From Candidatus Lokiarchaeum ossiferum (GTDB taxonomy: Archaea > Asgardarchaeota > Lokiarchaeia > Sigyniarchaeales > Promethearchaeaceae): DNA of 32,000 bases. Below are positions 1 through 9,416 of this stretch, piece by piece. Numbering within the stretch: position 1 is the stretch's first letter; each line of letters begins with the position of its first letter. The translations under genes and the position numbers were made by a program. Under the pieces are notes generated by a model, which did not search any database, had not been told where the DNA came from, and worked only from the letters and a program-made list of their open reading frames with translations. Location of the stretch: contig CP104013.1 in NCBI GenBank assembly GCA_025839675.1, positions 5,550,001-5,582,000 of the forward strand, written 5' to 3'.

Positions 1-1389
1 GATTATACTAATTTCTACCATTTCATTTCAAAACGTTTTGACAATTATCGTCATGTTATCAATTATAAAGTTGAAGGACAGATCCAATTTCATTCTATAA
101 TCTACATTCCAGAAACTAAATCACAAGATTTAATGCGTCCAGAAGCCGAACATGGATTTGGTTTGTTTTCAAAAAATGTGATGATTATGGAAAAATGCCA
201 AGATTTGATGCCCCAATGGATGCGTTTTGCAGTTGGAATGGTAGATTCTGAAGATATTCCATTAAATGTTAGTCGGGACACTATCCAAAGTAATCGTAAA
301 ATGATGAAAATGGAAACCATGTTGGTGAAGAAGTTCATCAAAGAACTTGAATCCTTAGCAGAAAATGAAGAAGAAAAATATCTCAAAATTTGGAATGAAT
401 ATGGTACATTCTTCAAGGAAGGCGTTGTTTCCGATCAGATTCGCAAGGATAAACTACTTCCCCTCCTAAGATTCAAATCTTCAAAAACTCCACACGATAA
501 AATGATTGGTTTAGATACATACATCAAAAATATGGCTGAAGATCAAACAGAAATTTACTATCTTGTTGGGGAAAATATTGATACAATGCGGTTATCTCCT
601 CATTTAGGGTATTATAATCAAAAGGGATATGATGTATTATTGCTCAATGAAGTCATTGACAACTTTTTAATGATGAACGTTCCTGATTATACTACTACAA
701 TTGGCGAAGGAGACGATGCTGAGGATAAATTATTCAAATTTACTCCTATAGATGTGACCGAAAAAGATAAATCTGCCGATGGGGATAAAAAAGAAGGTGA
801 AGACAGCAAAGAAGAAGAAACAAAAGAAGAAGATATTGATTTACCTGAAGAATCTAAAAAATTCTTAGAATTTGTGAAGGAAACCTTAGGGTCTAAGATT
901 ATAGATTCAAAAATGTCTAAACGTTTATATTCCAATGCTTACCGATTAGCAAATCCTGCAGGTGGAATGACTTCTAGCATGCAACGAGCAATGCGTTATT
1001 GGACTCAATCGAACATGGGAAAAGATTTTCAAGTACCTCAAAAAATTCTCGAGTTCAATCCCGACCATCCAACTGTGCAAGGATTAGTGGAGTTATATTC
1101 CAAAGATCCCGAAAATGGTAAATTAAAGCCGATTATTAATCAATTATTTGAAAATTGTTTGCTTGCAGAAGGTGATTTGCCTAATCCATCATTAATGGTA
1201 CCCCGATTGAATCAATTAATTGAAATGATGATCACCGGGAAAGATGATGTCGAAAATATGGCTGAAACTATGGCTCCAAAAGAAGAACCTGCTGGAGAAA
1301 AACCTTCCAAAGAAGAACCAACCAAAGAAGAACCAACCAAAGAAGAACCAACCAAAGAAGAAGGGACAAAAACTGAACAAGAGAGTTAG
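1..1389 (+). CDS. htpG: Hsp90-family chaperone HtpG, middle and C-terminal domains; 5' end lies outside the window
   Basis: Frame 1 is open from nt 1 (DYTNFYHFISKRF..VEGQIQFHSIIYIPE) and continuous with track ORF 133..1389. Hsp90 hallmarks present: GMVDSEDIPLNVSRD, LLRFKSS, EIYYLVGEN, LEFNPDHP, LLAEGDLPNPSLMVPRLNQLI. Colinear with bacterial-type HtpG; no MEEVD terminus. Confidence 0.9.
   Translation, partial: DYTNFYHFISKRFDNYRHVINYKVEGQIQFHSIIYIPETKSQDLMRPEAEHGFGLFSKNVMIMEKCQDLMPQWMRFAVGMVDSEDIPLNVSRDTIQSNRKMMKMETMLVKKFIKELESLAENEEEKYLKIWNEYGTFFKEGVVSDQIRKDKLLPLLRFKSSKTPHDKMIGLDTYIKNMAEDQTEIYYLVGENIDTMRLSPHLGYYNQKGYDVLLLNEVIDNFLMMNVPDYTTTIGEGDDAEDKLFKFTPIDVTEKDKSADGDKKEGEDSKEEETKEEDIDLPEESKKFLEFVKETLGSKIIDSKMSKRLYSNAYRLANPAGGMTSSMQRAMRYWTQSNMGKDFQVPQKILEFNPDHPTVQGLVELYSKDPENGKLKPIINQLFENCLLAEGDLPNPSLMVPRLNQLIEMMITGKDDVENMAETMAPKEEPAGEKPSKEEPTKEEPTKEEPTKEEGTKTEQES
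1307..1362 (+). repeat. Perfect in-frame 15-bp tandem repeat CCAAAGAAGAACCAA x3 plus an 11-bp partial copy, encoding (KEEPT)n in the HtpG tail
   Basis: Read directly: units at 1307-1321, 1322-1336, 1337-1351, partial 1352-1362. A degenerate copy (ccaaaagaagaacct) lies at 1276-1290. Confidence 0.95.
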
Positions 1390-1400
1390 TTTCAGTTCTA

Positions 1401-1418
1401 TTTTTTTTATTTCTTTTT
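1401..1418 (+). terminator. Oligo-T tract (T8 then T5) just after the htpG stop; candidate archaeal intrinsic terminator
   Basis: Stop TAG at 1387-1389 is followed by ttcagttcta TTTTTTTT at ttc TTTTT. Archaeal RNAP terminates at oligo-T runs (established knowledge). Confidence 0.4.
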
Positions 1419-1478
1419 CACTCGCACCTCATAAAACGATATTCAAACATTTAAATTAGTTTAGTATAAAATCAAATC

Positions 1479-2873
1479 ATGAAGATATTATATTTGAATG
1501 GAAGTCCCAAAGGAGATAATAGTGTTACATTGCAGTATTTATTATATCTCAAGAAAAAATTTCCAGATCATGATTATAAAGTCTGGCATATTGCCCAAAA
1601 AATAAAATCGATTGAAAAACAGCCCGATTTATTCCAAGAAATTTTAAAGGATGTGAAATCTGCTGAAGGTATAATCTGGGGATTTCCACTCTATTGTCTT
1701 TTATTGCCCAGTCAGTTTAAGCGATTCATTGAACTTATTTTTGAAGGAGGGAAAGATGTTCAAGATAAATTCAAAGGAAAATACACTGTAGCGCTTAGTA
1801 CTAGCATTCATTTTTATGATCATACTTGTCACAATTATATGCAAGCAATTTGTGATGATTTAGACATGAAATATGTTGGGAAATTTTCTGCAGACACATG
1901 GGACATTTTAAATCGGAAAAATCGACCCACATGGTTAGCTTTTGGTAAAAAGTTTTTTTCTGCGATCCAAGATACAAAACCAACAATAAAAAGCTTTATG
2001 CCTCTTCTTTCGAGAGATTTTTCCTATATTCCAACTAATTCATCCAAAAAAATTCAATTGAATGGAAAAAAACTTGTTCTCATTGTAGATAATCAAGATT
2101 CAACTTCGAATATTGGAAAAATGATCGAACAATTTCAATCATCCTTTGGTACCTCAATCAGTATATACTCTCACGAAAATATCGATTTAAAATTTCCTTG
2201 CATTGGGTGCATGAAATGCGGGTATGATAATAGATGTTCCTATGATGGAAAAGATGGATTTAATGAATTCTGGAGAAATCACCTTATGGATGCAGATATT
2301 ATCGTGTTTGCGGGAGAAATGAAGGATCGTTATCTATCATCTCAATGGAAAAAATTTTTGGATCGAGCTTATTTCCGGAATCATACCCCTTCCTTTACGG
2401 GAAAACAATTTGGCATGCTCATTTCAGGACCTCTTTCCCAAAATCCAAATCTCAAAGAAATAATCCAAGGATTTGCAGAATTTCAACAAATGAATCTTTC
2501 AGGTATAATTACCGATGAGTTTGGAGATTCTACGGATATTGATGCCTTAATTCTAAATTTTGCAGAAGAATTGATCTATAATGTTAAACAAAAATTTATT
2601 GCTCCTCATTCCTTTCATGGAGTTGCAAGTCAAAAAATTTTTCGTGACGATGTTTATGGAAGACTTCGTTTTGTATGTCAAGCTGATCATAGGCATTATA
2701 AGACCAATGGTTATTATCAAAGTTTTCCCCAGAATAATAAAGTATTCAAAAAAATAAATCGAAAAATGATGTTTTTATCCCGTTTTAAAAAATTTCGGAC
2801 TCAACTCTATAAAAGGATAGCAGATGAACTAGTACGACCCTTCAAAAAATTAGTAGCTGCTCCTTATCGATAA
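1479..2873 (+). CDS. Two-domain flavodoxin-fold (NADPH-dependent FMN reductase-like) protein; second half resembles iron-sulfur flavoprotein (Isf)
   Basis: N-terminus MKILYLNGSPKGDNS plus EGIIWGFPLY is typical of FMN_red/flavodoxin_2 proteins. The second half repeats the fold (LVLIVDN..ADIIVFAGEM..KKFLDRAYF). It carries a compact C-x2-C-x2-C-x5-C motif (CIGCMKCGYDNRC, nt 2199-2237) like the Isf 4Fe-4S site. Confidence 0.65.
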   Translation: MKILYLNGSPKGDNSVTLQYLLYLKKKFPDHDYKVWHIAQKIKSIEKQPDLFQEILKDVKSAEGIIWGFPLYCLLLPSQFKRFIELIFEGGKDVQDKFKGKYTVALSTSIHFYDHTCHNYMQAICDDLDMKYVGKFSADTWDILNRKNRPTWLAFGKKFFSAIQDTKPTIKSFMPLLSRDFSYIPTNSSKKIQLNGKKLVLIVDNQDSTSNIGKMIEQFQSSFGTSISIYSHENIDLKFPCIGCMKCGYDNRCSYDGKDGFNEFWRNHLMDADIIVFAGEMKDRYLSSQWKKFLDRAYFRNHTPSFTGKQFGMLISGPLSQNPNLKEIIQGFAEFQQMNLSGIITDEFGDSTDIDALILNFAEELIYNVKQKFIAPHSFHGVASQKIFRDDVYGRLRFVCQADHRHYKTNGYYQSFPQNNKVFKKINRKMMFLSRFKKFRTQLYKRIADELVRPFKKLVAAPYR

Positions 2874-2906
2874 ATAAAACGTTTTTAATCTCAAAGAAAA
2901 TAGAAG

Positions 2907-2914
2907 AAAAAAAA
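2907..2914 (-). terminator. Minus-strand T8 run immediately after the stop of the 2915..5005 gene, in the 41-bp convergent gap
   Basis: Plus-strand A8 at 2907-2914 abuts the TAA stop (2915-2917 on the minus strand). Confidence 0.4.
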
Positions 2915-5005
2915 TTAAGGTGAATATAGCCCTAAACGGTATGCCGTTTTAAAACCTGCATGGATGGCATCGAGAATGGTGCCCACTTTTTTGGCATCTC
3001 CGATAATTTTAATATCTGGAATAGTTTTTAGCTTTTCTTTATGATCTTTGATATAATTTTTCAAAGCTTGGGACATATCTCGGTTTGGTTTGACACCTGT
3101 GGCGAGTATAAAAGTGTCCACATCTGAAATAGAAGATTCTTCAAGGTTGGCTTCATCATCAGGAAGATTTCGTTCTCTGAAATAAACCGTTCCATCTCGA
3201 AATTCTGTTATATCTATGAATGTTTTGACATTAATTTGGAGTTTCTTTAACTCATCTAAAAAGACCCACTTGGTAGATTTTCCAATAGAATTGCCAATCT
3301 TGGGTAGATATTCCAACAGATGAACTTCCCGATCTCCGCGAAATGTTCGTTGCATCGCATCCTTAGCAGATAAGCCTTCATAGAATGCTAAAAATTTGGC
3401 TACTTCTGGATCCATAGCTCCTTTTTTGGCTGCCCAGAGTGCTGTTTCAACACCTGTTGCTGCCCCTCCCACAACCACTACTTTTTTTCCCACTGGAAAA
3501 TCTCCTGCCAATGCCTCATCGGCAAAACATACTTGACAATTTTGGCTGCCATCAATTCCTTTGATTGGTGGAATATTAAAATGTACTCCCGTTGCACAGA
3601 TGATGGTGTGGGGGTTAAAATTGAGAATTTCTGCCGGGGTGGGTTCTTTTCCAAGATGAATTTCTACTTCCAATTGCTTGAGTTGGTGGTTATAATATTT
3701 GATAATATTAAACAAATCTTCACGCCCAGGAGGTACTCCTGCCACGTTTATTTGTCCTCCCAATTTCATCTCTTTTTCAAATAAAATGACTTTATGACCA
3801 TTCATTCCTGCAACGCGAGCTGCTTCCAATCCTGCAGGACCACTTCCAATGATAACAACATTCTTTCGAGATTCACTTGTTTTAGGGGATGCATATTTCA
3901 ATTCCAACATTGCAGTGGGGTTTACCATACAACGAAGTGTTTTTAGTTGAAAAATACCATCAAAACATCCTTGATTACATCCCACACATTTTCTAACGTT
4001 TTCTAGTTGATCGTTACGAATTTTTTGGGGTAGGTCGGGGTCTGCGATTGATGCTCTCCCAAAACAAATAGCATCTGCATAATCATCTTGCAATAAATTT
4101 TCCGCCAAAATTGGATCATTTATTCGATTACTTGCAAAAACGGGAATTTCAACCATGGATCGGATTTCTTTTGCCAAATACGTAAAAGCACCTTTAGGAG
4201 TATCCATGGGTATTTGAGGGACTCGTGTTTCGTGCCACCCGCCGGTAACATTAATATATTGGATCCCTGCTTTTGCATATTCCTCGGCAACTATCTTTTT
4301 CTCAACGTAAGTATTACTTCCCGGAACAAAATCATCTCCTGAAAGACGGCATCCAACGATAATTTTATCGCCAACAGCAGATTTCACTTTTTGGATTAAT
4401 TCTAATGGAAATTGAAGACGTTCTTGGATGGTATTTCCACCATATTTATCAGTGCGCTTATTTTTTAAAGGGCTTAAAAATTGATCAATTAAATATCCTG
4501 CACTGCTCAGTAATTCCACACTATCAAATCCCGCTTTTACAGCCCGTTCTGCTGCGGCAACAATATTATCCTGAACTTCACCTACTTCTTCAGTAGTTAA
4601 TTCCCTAGGGGTCTCGTGAGTGAACCTTGAGTATACTGCTGATGCTGAAACTGCCTGTTCTCCCGTGATTTTACTGAAAGAATAAGCTCCTGCATGATAT
4701 AGCTGCGCACAAACTTTAGCACCTTCTTGATGCACAGCATCAGTTAATTTTTTTAGTTCTGGAATATATGCATCCTTATCGATAGAAATCATTGCAGGGA
4801 CACCTTGTCCACGTTTTGATACACCAATTCCTCCAACTATTATAAATCCAAAACCTCCTTGAGCCCGTATTCGGTAGAATTCAATGATTTCATCTGTAAT
4901 ATGGCCTTCATTTGCATCTCCTAAATGCATAGCTGGGATAACCATTCGATTCCGAATTTCCAAATTCCCAATTTTTAGGGGTTTCCAAATGTTGAAAAAC
5001 TTCAT
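2915..5005 (-). CDS. NADH:flavin oxidoreductase / 2,4-dienoyl-CoA reductase family enzyme (OYE-like TIM barrel + 4Fe-4S + FAD/NAD(P)-binding domain)
   Basis: N-terminal OYE-type motifs NRMVIPAMH and QLYHAGAY. Cys cluster CVGCNQGC..x..C. Rossmann motif VVIIGSGPAGLEAARV..EKEMKLGGQ and a second GG motif VVVVGGAATGVE. 696 aa matches FadH/enoate-reductase architecture. Confidence 0.85.
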   Translation of the reverse strand: MKFFNIWKPLKIGNLEIRNRMVIPAMHLGDANEGHITDEIIEFYRIRAQGGFGFIIVGGIGVSKRGQGVPAMISIDKDAYIPELKKLTDAVHQEGAKVCAQLYHAGAYSFSKITGEQAVSASAVYSRFTHETPRELTTEEVGEVQDNIVAAAERAVKAGFDSVELLSSAGYLIDQFLSPLKNKRTDKYGGNTIQERLQFPLELIQKVKSAVGDKIIVGCRLSGDDFVPGSNTYVEKKIVAEEYAKAGIQYINVTGGWHETRVPQIPMDTPKGAFTYLAKEIRSMVEIPVFASNRINDPILAENLLQDDYADAICFGRASIADPDLPQKIRNDQLENVRKCVGCNQGCFDGIFQLKTLRCMVNPTAMLELKYASPKTSESRKNVVIIGSGPAGLEAARVAGMNGHKVILFEKEMKLGGQINVAGVPPGREDLFNIIKYYNHQLKQLEVEIHLGKEPTPAEILNFNPHTIICATGVHFNIPPIKGIDGSQNCQVCFADEALAGDFPVGKKVVVVGGAATGVETALWAAKKGAMDPEVAKFLAFYEGLSAKDAMQRTFRGDREVHLLEYLPKIGNSIGKSTKWVFLDELKKLQINVKTFIDITEFRDGTVYFRERNLPDDEANLEESSISDVDTFILATGVKPNRDMSQALKNYIKDHKEKLKTIPDIKIIGDAKKVGTILDAIHAGFKTAYRLGLYSP

Positions 5006-5147
5006 ATTAGCTTTCTATCCTTGTCCAAATATTAATCTTTTACTCAAATTTTTTTAAAAATCAAGTGAAATTGACAAAATAAATCACAAGATCAATTAAA
5101 ATTTTTGCTGGATAATCACTAAAAATTTCATCATAAGAAAAAAAGAA

Positions 5148-5972
5148 ATGCAATATTTTACTATTGTCCATGTGAGTTCGACAGAAAAATTAATTCAGAT
5201 TTATTACATAAACCCGATAACAAATAAACGCACTCCTCTCAAAATTAAAAGATCCTTAATAGATAATTCTCCCAAAACGCCTGTAGCCATTACCACAATG
5301 AGCGATGAGAACTCACTAACTCTATATGTTGATAAGCAATATAAAGTTCGAGGGGTAGAACAATCAATTTTCCTTGAAACCTCTGAAACTGAACAAAAAC
5401 CGTTAGAAAATATTAAAAAAGATACCGAATGTTATTCTGAGCCTGACAATTTTGGGAAAGTTCTTGTTCTGGGGTTATCAAAAGCTGGTAAAACTTCAAT
5501 CATAAACAGATTAACTAAAAATTTCTTTGCCAAGACAAATCCCACCTTAGGAGTAAATATCATGAAGGCGGTTCTAGATAAAACTAGATTTGTTTTCTAT
5601 GATGTGGGAGGTCAAAAAATGTTACGAAAGAAATGGACTACTACTGTGTCTAATCCTGATGCGATTGTATTTGTTTTTGACATAAATAGTGAGTCAGATC
5701 AAGTTGAAGAAACAAAAATAGAATTTCAACGTGTTATTCAACACTATTTCATTGATACCAATCGTTCCATCCCCGTACTTATATTAGGTAATAAAATAGA
5801 TATCATGGCAAAGCAAAATATCTCAAAACAATCGATAATGTCTGCTTTACTCAGTTTATTTGAGCCTGAATTATACAATTTTAACTATCGCGTTGGTTTG
5901 GTTTCTGCTTTAACTGGAGAAGGGATAAATTATAATTTTAAGTGGTTAATTGCTAAAAATATCATGATTTAA
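5148..5972 (+). CDS. Arf/Sar-like small GTPase with a ~105-aa N-terminal extension
   Basis: G1 GLSKAGKT, G2 NPTLGVN, G3/interswitch FYDVGGQKMLRKKW (Arf-type DVGGQ..R..W), G4 GNKID, G5 SALTGEGI. The extension has no motif I recognise. Alternative in-frame ATG at 5298. Confidence 0.8.
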   Translation: MQYFTIVHVSSTEKLIQIYYINPITNKRTPLKIKRSLIDNSPKTPVAITTMSDENSLTLYVDKQYKVRGVEQSIFLETSETEQKPLENIKKDTECYSEPDNFGKVLVLGLSKAGKTSIINRLTKNFFAKTNPTLGVNIMKAVLDKTRFVFYDVGGQKMLRKKWTTTVSNPDAIVFVFDINSESDQVEETKIEFQRVIQHYFIDTNRSIPVLILGNKIDIMAKQNISKQSIMSALLSLFEPELYNFNYRVGLVSALTGEGINYNFKWLIAKNIMI

Positions 5973-6014
5973 TATTAAAAAATAGTAATAAACGAGAATC
6001 ACTTTTCTTTTTGA

Positions 6015-7190
6015 TTACTCAATTGGATATATCCCAGTATGAGTAAGCTGAATTATTTTTCCATTCCGGACCATAAAATCATTTTCAATACGTAACCCGC
6101 CAAAATCCTCTTTATATGTTCCAGGTTCTATTGTAAATACATGTCCTTCTTCGAGAAGAACTTCCTTCCAGTATTTCTTCTGAAAATCGTCAGTAGGTTT
6201 TTTGGAAATAAATGGTGCATCATGTTCTGATAAACCCAATCCGTGACCAAGTGCATAGGGCATTGAAAAACCCGCTTCAGTTAATACGTCCATTGATGCT
6301 TTATTAATTTTCCATAGTGGTATTCCAATTTCCATTGTTTCTACTGCTGCATCATAGGCTTTTTGAGTGATATCGCGCATTCTTTGTTGTTCTTGATTAA
6401 TATCTCCGAAGGTGAACGATTGCGTAATATCTGAATTATATCCTTTGTATTTAGCTCCGAAATCTATTAGTGCTAATCCGGGAAGTGCAAATTGAGATTC
6501 TGTTGCATATGGGTGGCAATGAAGTGTGTGAGATCGATTAGTATTTGCAACTAAAGAAGGAAAGGCTAAATCCTCCGCACCTCTTTTTGCCATCTTGGTT
6601 TGAACTAAAAAGCTCAAATCTTGTTCCGATTCGGTAGTGGCATTTTTTGCAAAGTGAATTATATCTTGAAGGGTATCTTCTGCAATTTTGGTTGCTTCCA
6701 TTAAAAGATCCATTTCATGATTGCTCTTAGTGGCTCGTAATTCTTCAAAAAGTCGAGAAATTTTACTTGGTTCCTTTGTGAATTTTAATTCTGGAAACAT
6801 TGTTTCAAATCGAATAATCTCCCCATATAGCATTCCACGAGAAACTCCAATGGATGCATTTGGCTTTTTTAAGATATTTTCAAAATAATCCCTTGAAGTT
6901 TTTATGGTGCTATATTCATATTGAGTATGATCTAAAATACGATCAACATCCGCCTCCGTTTTTGCTAAAGCTGTATCCCAAGGTATTAAAGTTGTTTCTC
7001 CCCCAGCAGTTATAAAAAGAATACCATCAGTTGGATGTCCACAAATATATTGAAAATTTAAATCACGTGATTGTTCACTATCGGTTATCATGATGAGATC
7101 TAATTTCTCAGTTTCCATGAATTTTAACAAAAGTTCCAGTTTTTCATTGGTAATTGATTTCATTCTATCATGAAACAATGTGATTTCCAT
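6015..7190 (-). CDS. M24 family Xaa-Pro aminopeptidase/dipeptidase (creatinase-like N-domain + pita-bread fold)
   Basis: C-terminal half has M24B-type motifs LIDFGAKYKGYNSDITQSF, GHGLGLSEHD, FTIEPGTY, GLRIEND. Confidence 0.85.
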   Translation of the reverse strand: MEITLFHDRMKSITNEKLELLLKFMETEKLDLIMITDSEQSRDLNFQYICGHPTDGILFITAGGETTLIPWDTALAKTEADVDRILDHTQYEYSTIKTSRDYFENILKKPNASIGVSRGMLYGEIIRFETMFPELKFTKEPSKISRLFEELRATKSNHEMDLLMEATKIAEDTLQDIIHFAKNATTESEQDLSFLVQTKMAKRGAEDLAFPSLVANTNRSHTLHCHPYATESQFALPGLALIDFGAKYKGYNSDITQSFTFGDINQEQQRMRDITQKAYDAAVETMEIGIPLWKINKASMDVLTEAGFSMPYALGHGLGLSEHDAPFISKKPTDDFQKKYWKEVLLEEGHVFTIEPGTYKEDFGGLRIENDFMVRNGKIIQLTHTGIYPIE

Positions 7191-7284
7191 TATAAATCTT
7201 CAACTTTCATTAACCTAGGGGGTTTGCATATAAAGAGCTGCCTTTTTAGAATGAAAATATATAGATAAAAAATGTAATCTCTTG

Positions 7285-8412
7285 TTAAAAGAAAATATTG
7301 GTAAAATCAAATACATTTTTGAAGATATCCTCCAAATTACCAACCAAACGAGCACCTTTGTAATATTCCATGAAAGTGTGTTTATCTTCAATAACTCCTA
7401 AATTTGGTGCTAAAGAAAACCAATCCGCTTGCAATTTTTCTCCTTTGAATCGAAATTTTTGAATTAATTGCATCATTTCGTTATTAAGGCCCATAGCAGG
7501 GGCCCGTTCAACCACATTTTTCCTTATATGATCCGCTAATTCGGAATAAATTTCAAGCAAGGATTTGAAATATTGAATCAAAAAGTCCCGTAATGCGATT
7601 TCATTAAAAAACTCATTCATTTCAAAAAGTGTAGATGCAATTTCCTTGAGTGAATCTCCTACGTCCTCGATCAATTTGGCTAAAAGGCGCAAGTCTATAA
7701 GTTTTTTATGTGAATAGTTTAGAGGTTTAGATATTTGGGGATTTTCAAAAATTGTTCGAATCTGTCGCACTATGAAGAAATAGTATCGATCAATTTTTTG
7801 ATCTTGTTGCTCAATTTCTTGTAAATTGGAATAATCTTCGTTCTCCATCGCTGTTAGTATATCCTCTAACATCCATAATAAAATACTAAAACTTTCACGC
7901 AGATAACGGGGAATTTCTTCTTGAAAAATATTTTCAGGGGTTTCGGAGAATATATTTTTTATCAATAATTTACGGCTGGAAACTCGATTTAGATTCCAAT
8001 TAAATAACAAACGAGTTTGAGTCTTTTCTATCTGATCAATAAATTCTTTAGGGATTGGCTGTTTGCTTTGAATTTCAATACCCGATGCTCCATTCATATA
8101 ATAACTAATTAAAATAAGGCTGATACCTTTTTCATTTATAATATTTGGATTTTGTTTGAGTAGATCATCCAATTCCAGAAGAAAGATCTGCTCTTTGGAT
8201 TTAATTTTTTCTTTTAATGGAAAAATACCCAAACTACCATCGGGGTTTTCAAAGATATTAACTGCTGGATCCTTAGAAGAACCATTTTTTTCTTTTTTCT
8301 CTAAATGATTTTTTTTGATCCAGTGAATTGGGAGAGTTACAGCGTAGGAATATTTAGCAAAGCTTTGGATTTTCCGTTGGTGCATTTCCATTATTAATAA
8401 ATTATAGTACAT
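7285..8412 (-). CDS. AbrB/SpoVT-domain plus PhoU-like regulator (archaeal phosphate-uptake-regulator type)
   Basis: N-terminus YSYAVTLPIHWIKKNHL..DGSLGIFP looks like a SpoVT/AbrB swapped-hairpin domain. The rest is long helical repeats as in archaeal PhoU homologs. The real start may be the internal Met at 8391 or 8385. Confidence 0.5.
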   Translation of the reverse strand: MYYNLLIMEMHQRKIQSFAKYSYAVTLPIHWIKKNHLEKKEKNGSSKDPAVNIFENPDGSLGIFPLKEKIKSKEQIFLLELDDLLKQNPNIINEKGISLILISYYMNGASGIEIQSKQPIPKEFIDQIEKTQTRLLFNWNLNRVSSRKLLIKNIFSETPENIFQEEIPRYLRESFSILLWMLEDILTAMENEDYSNLQEIEQQDQKIDRYYFFIVRQIRTIFENPQISKPLNYSHKKLIDLRLLAKLIEDVGDSLKEIASTLFEMNEFFNEIALRDFLIQYFKSLLEIYSELADHIRKNVVERAPAMGLNNEMMQLIQKFRFKGEKLQADWFSLAPNLGVIEDKHTFMEYYKGARLVGNLEDIFKNVFDFTNIFF

Positions 8413-8504
8413 TCTTCCTAAAAAAAGTATATTCTAGATTAAAAGAAAATGACTAATTTGTAAGATCACTATCAAAATCTAATAATAAGAAAAAAAAGAG
8501 ATTT

Positions 8505-9416
8505 TTACTTCTTCAAAAGAATTTTGTGGAGTTTTTGGGCCATTTCTTTAGATTCTGCCCAAACCGAGCAAATCCAATCTGTTGTGTTTTGAGCTGGAAA
8601 AGTAATCATTTCTCCTAATGATTTATTATCTTTATAGGAAATTTCAATGATTGATTTAATTTCATTGTTTTGATCATTCAAGATACCATCAGAAATTTGT
8701 CCTGATTGTAAATCTCGATTTTTTGCATCAATAAAATGCTTTTTTTCTAATTTATACTGAAATTTTCTTCCATCAGCATTGTAGGAGTGGATACGGCTCA
8801 ATAATGATTTTTGAAATTGCTCCTGCTCCATTTGGCAATAGATTATTCCACCATAGATAATAGAATCTGCCTCTTTTTCTTCAAACTCGATGGCGTGAAA
8901 TCGAAAATTAATCTCTTCTTTTCGTAATGCAATTATCACATTTGTTTCTACCTTGAGTAAATTCCAAGCATATTGCCCTAATATTGAATTTACTAAGTTT
9001 TTTACAAATTGGGGTGCTTTTTGTGGAATTTGAAGGTTCTGTTGAGGTGTATCTCTCTCATTTGCATCTAGTTTTTTATAGATATCCAGAACTTCATAAA
9101 AATTTGCTTTCTGTTTCTGAAACTGGTCTTGGGACTGAATGATAATACGATCTAAATTTTGTTGAAAAATTCGCTTTGGTACCTTGGTATATATGAGGGG
9201 ATCTTTAGATTTACATTGTATCCAATTGTTAGACACGAGTTGTTTTAATTGTGAATAAATCCATGGTCCTTTTTTTCTTAATTGAGATGGAAGTTCTTTT
9301 AGTATTTCAGAAGCTTTCAATGGCCCTTTTTGCATGGTTATTAGAATTATTTCTGAATGAGTTGGAGAGAGATTATATGCTTGTAATAAAGTTCTGAAAT
9401 GATCTAGATTTTTCAT
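8505..9416 (-). CDS. TrmB-like winged-helix transcriptional regulator (putative)
   Basis: N-terminal LLQAYNLSPTHSEIILITMQKGPLKASEILKEL..IYSQLKQLVSNNWIQ matches the TrmB-type wHTH pattern. The C-terminal domain is unrecognised. The track start at 9437 is TTG, so I prefer the ATG at 9416. Confidence 0.45.
   Translation of the reverse strand: MKNLDHFRTLLQAYNLSPTHSEIILITMQKGPLKASEILKELPSQLRKKGPWIYSQLKQLVSNNWIQCKSKDPLIYTKVPKRIFQQNLDRIIIQSQDQFQKQKANFYEVLDIYKKLDANERDTPQQNLQIPQKAPQFVKNLVNSILGQYAWNLLKVETNVIIALRKEEINFRFHAIEFEEKEADSIIYGGIIYCQMEQEQFQKSLLSRIHSYNADGRKFQYKLEKKHFIDAKNRDLQSGQISDGILNDQNNEIKSIIEISYKDNKSLGEMITFPAQNTTDWICSVWAESKEMAQKLHKILLKK

Noticed and set aside
760-850. The K/E/D-rich segment in HtpG looked like the eukaryotic Hsp90 charged linker
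   Set aside because: It lies in the C-terminal part, where both HtpG and Hsp90 have a charged loop. The eukaryotic linker lies between the N and M domains. It therefore gives no support for a eukaryote-type Hsp90.
102-935. Antisense track ORFs 102..416 and 687..935 inside htpG
   Set aside because: They fully overlap a strongly supported gene, and their translations are low-complexity Ser/Phe-rich.
1276-1362. Short tandem repeats considered as a CRISPR or minisatellite locus
   Set aside because: The units are 15 bp, contiguous without spacers, and in-frame within a CDS. This is not a CRISPR array.
1244-1459. Track ORF encoding KKNQPKKNQPKKNQP
   Set aside because: It is the alternative reading frame of the 15-bp repeat in the well-supported HtpG tail, so it is an artefact of the repeat.
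3533-4596. Plus-strand ORFs 3533..3784 and 4405..4596
   Set aside because: They are antisense to the FadH-like gene, which has clear motifs along its whole length.
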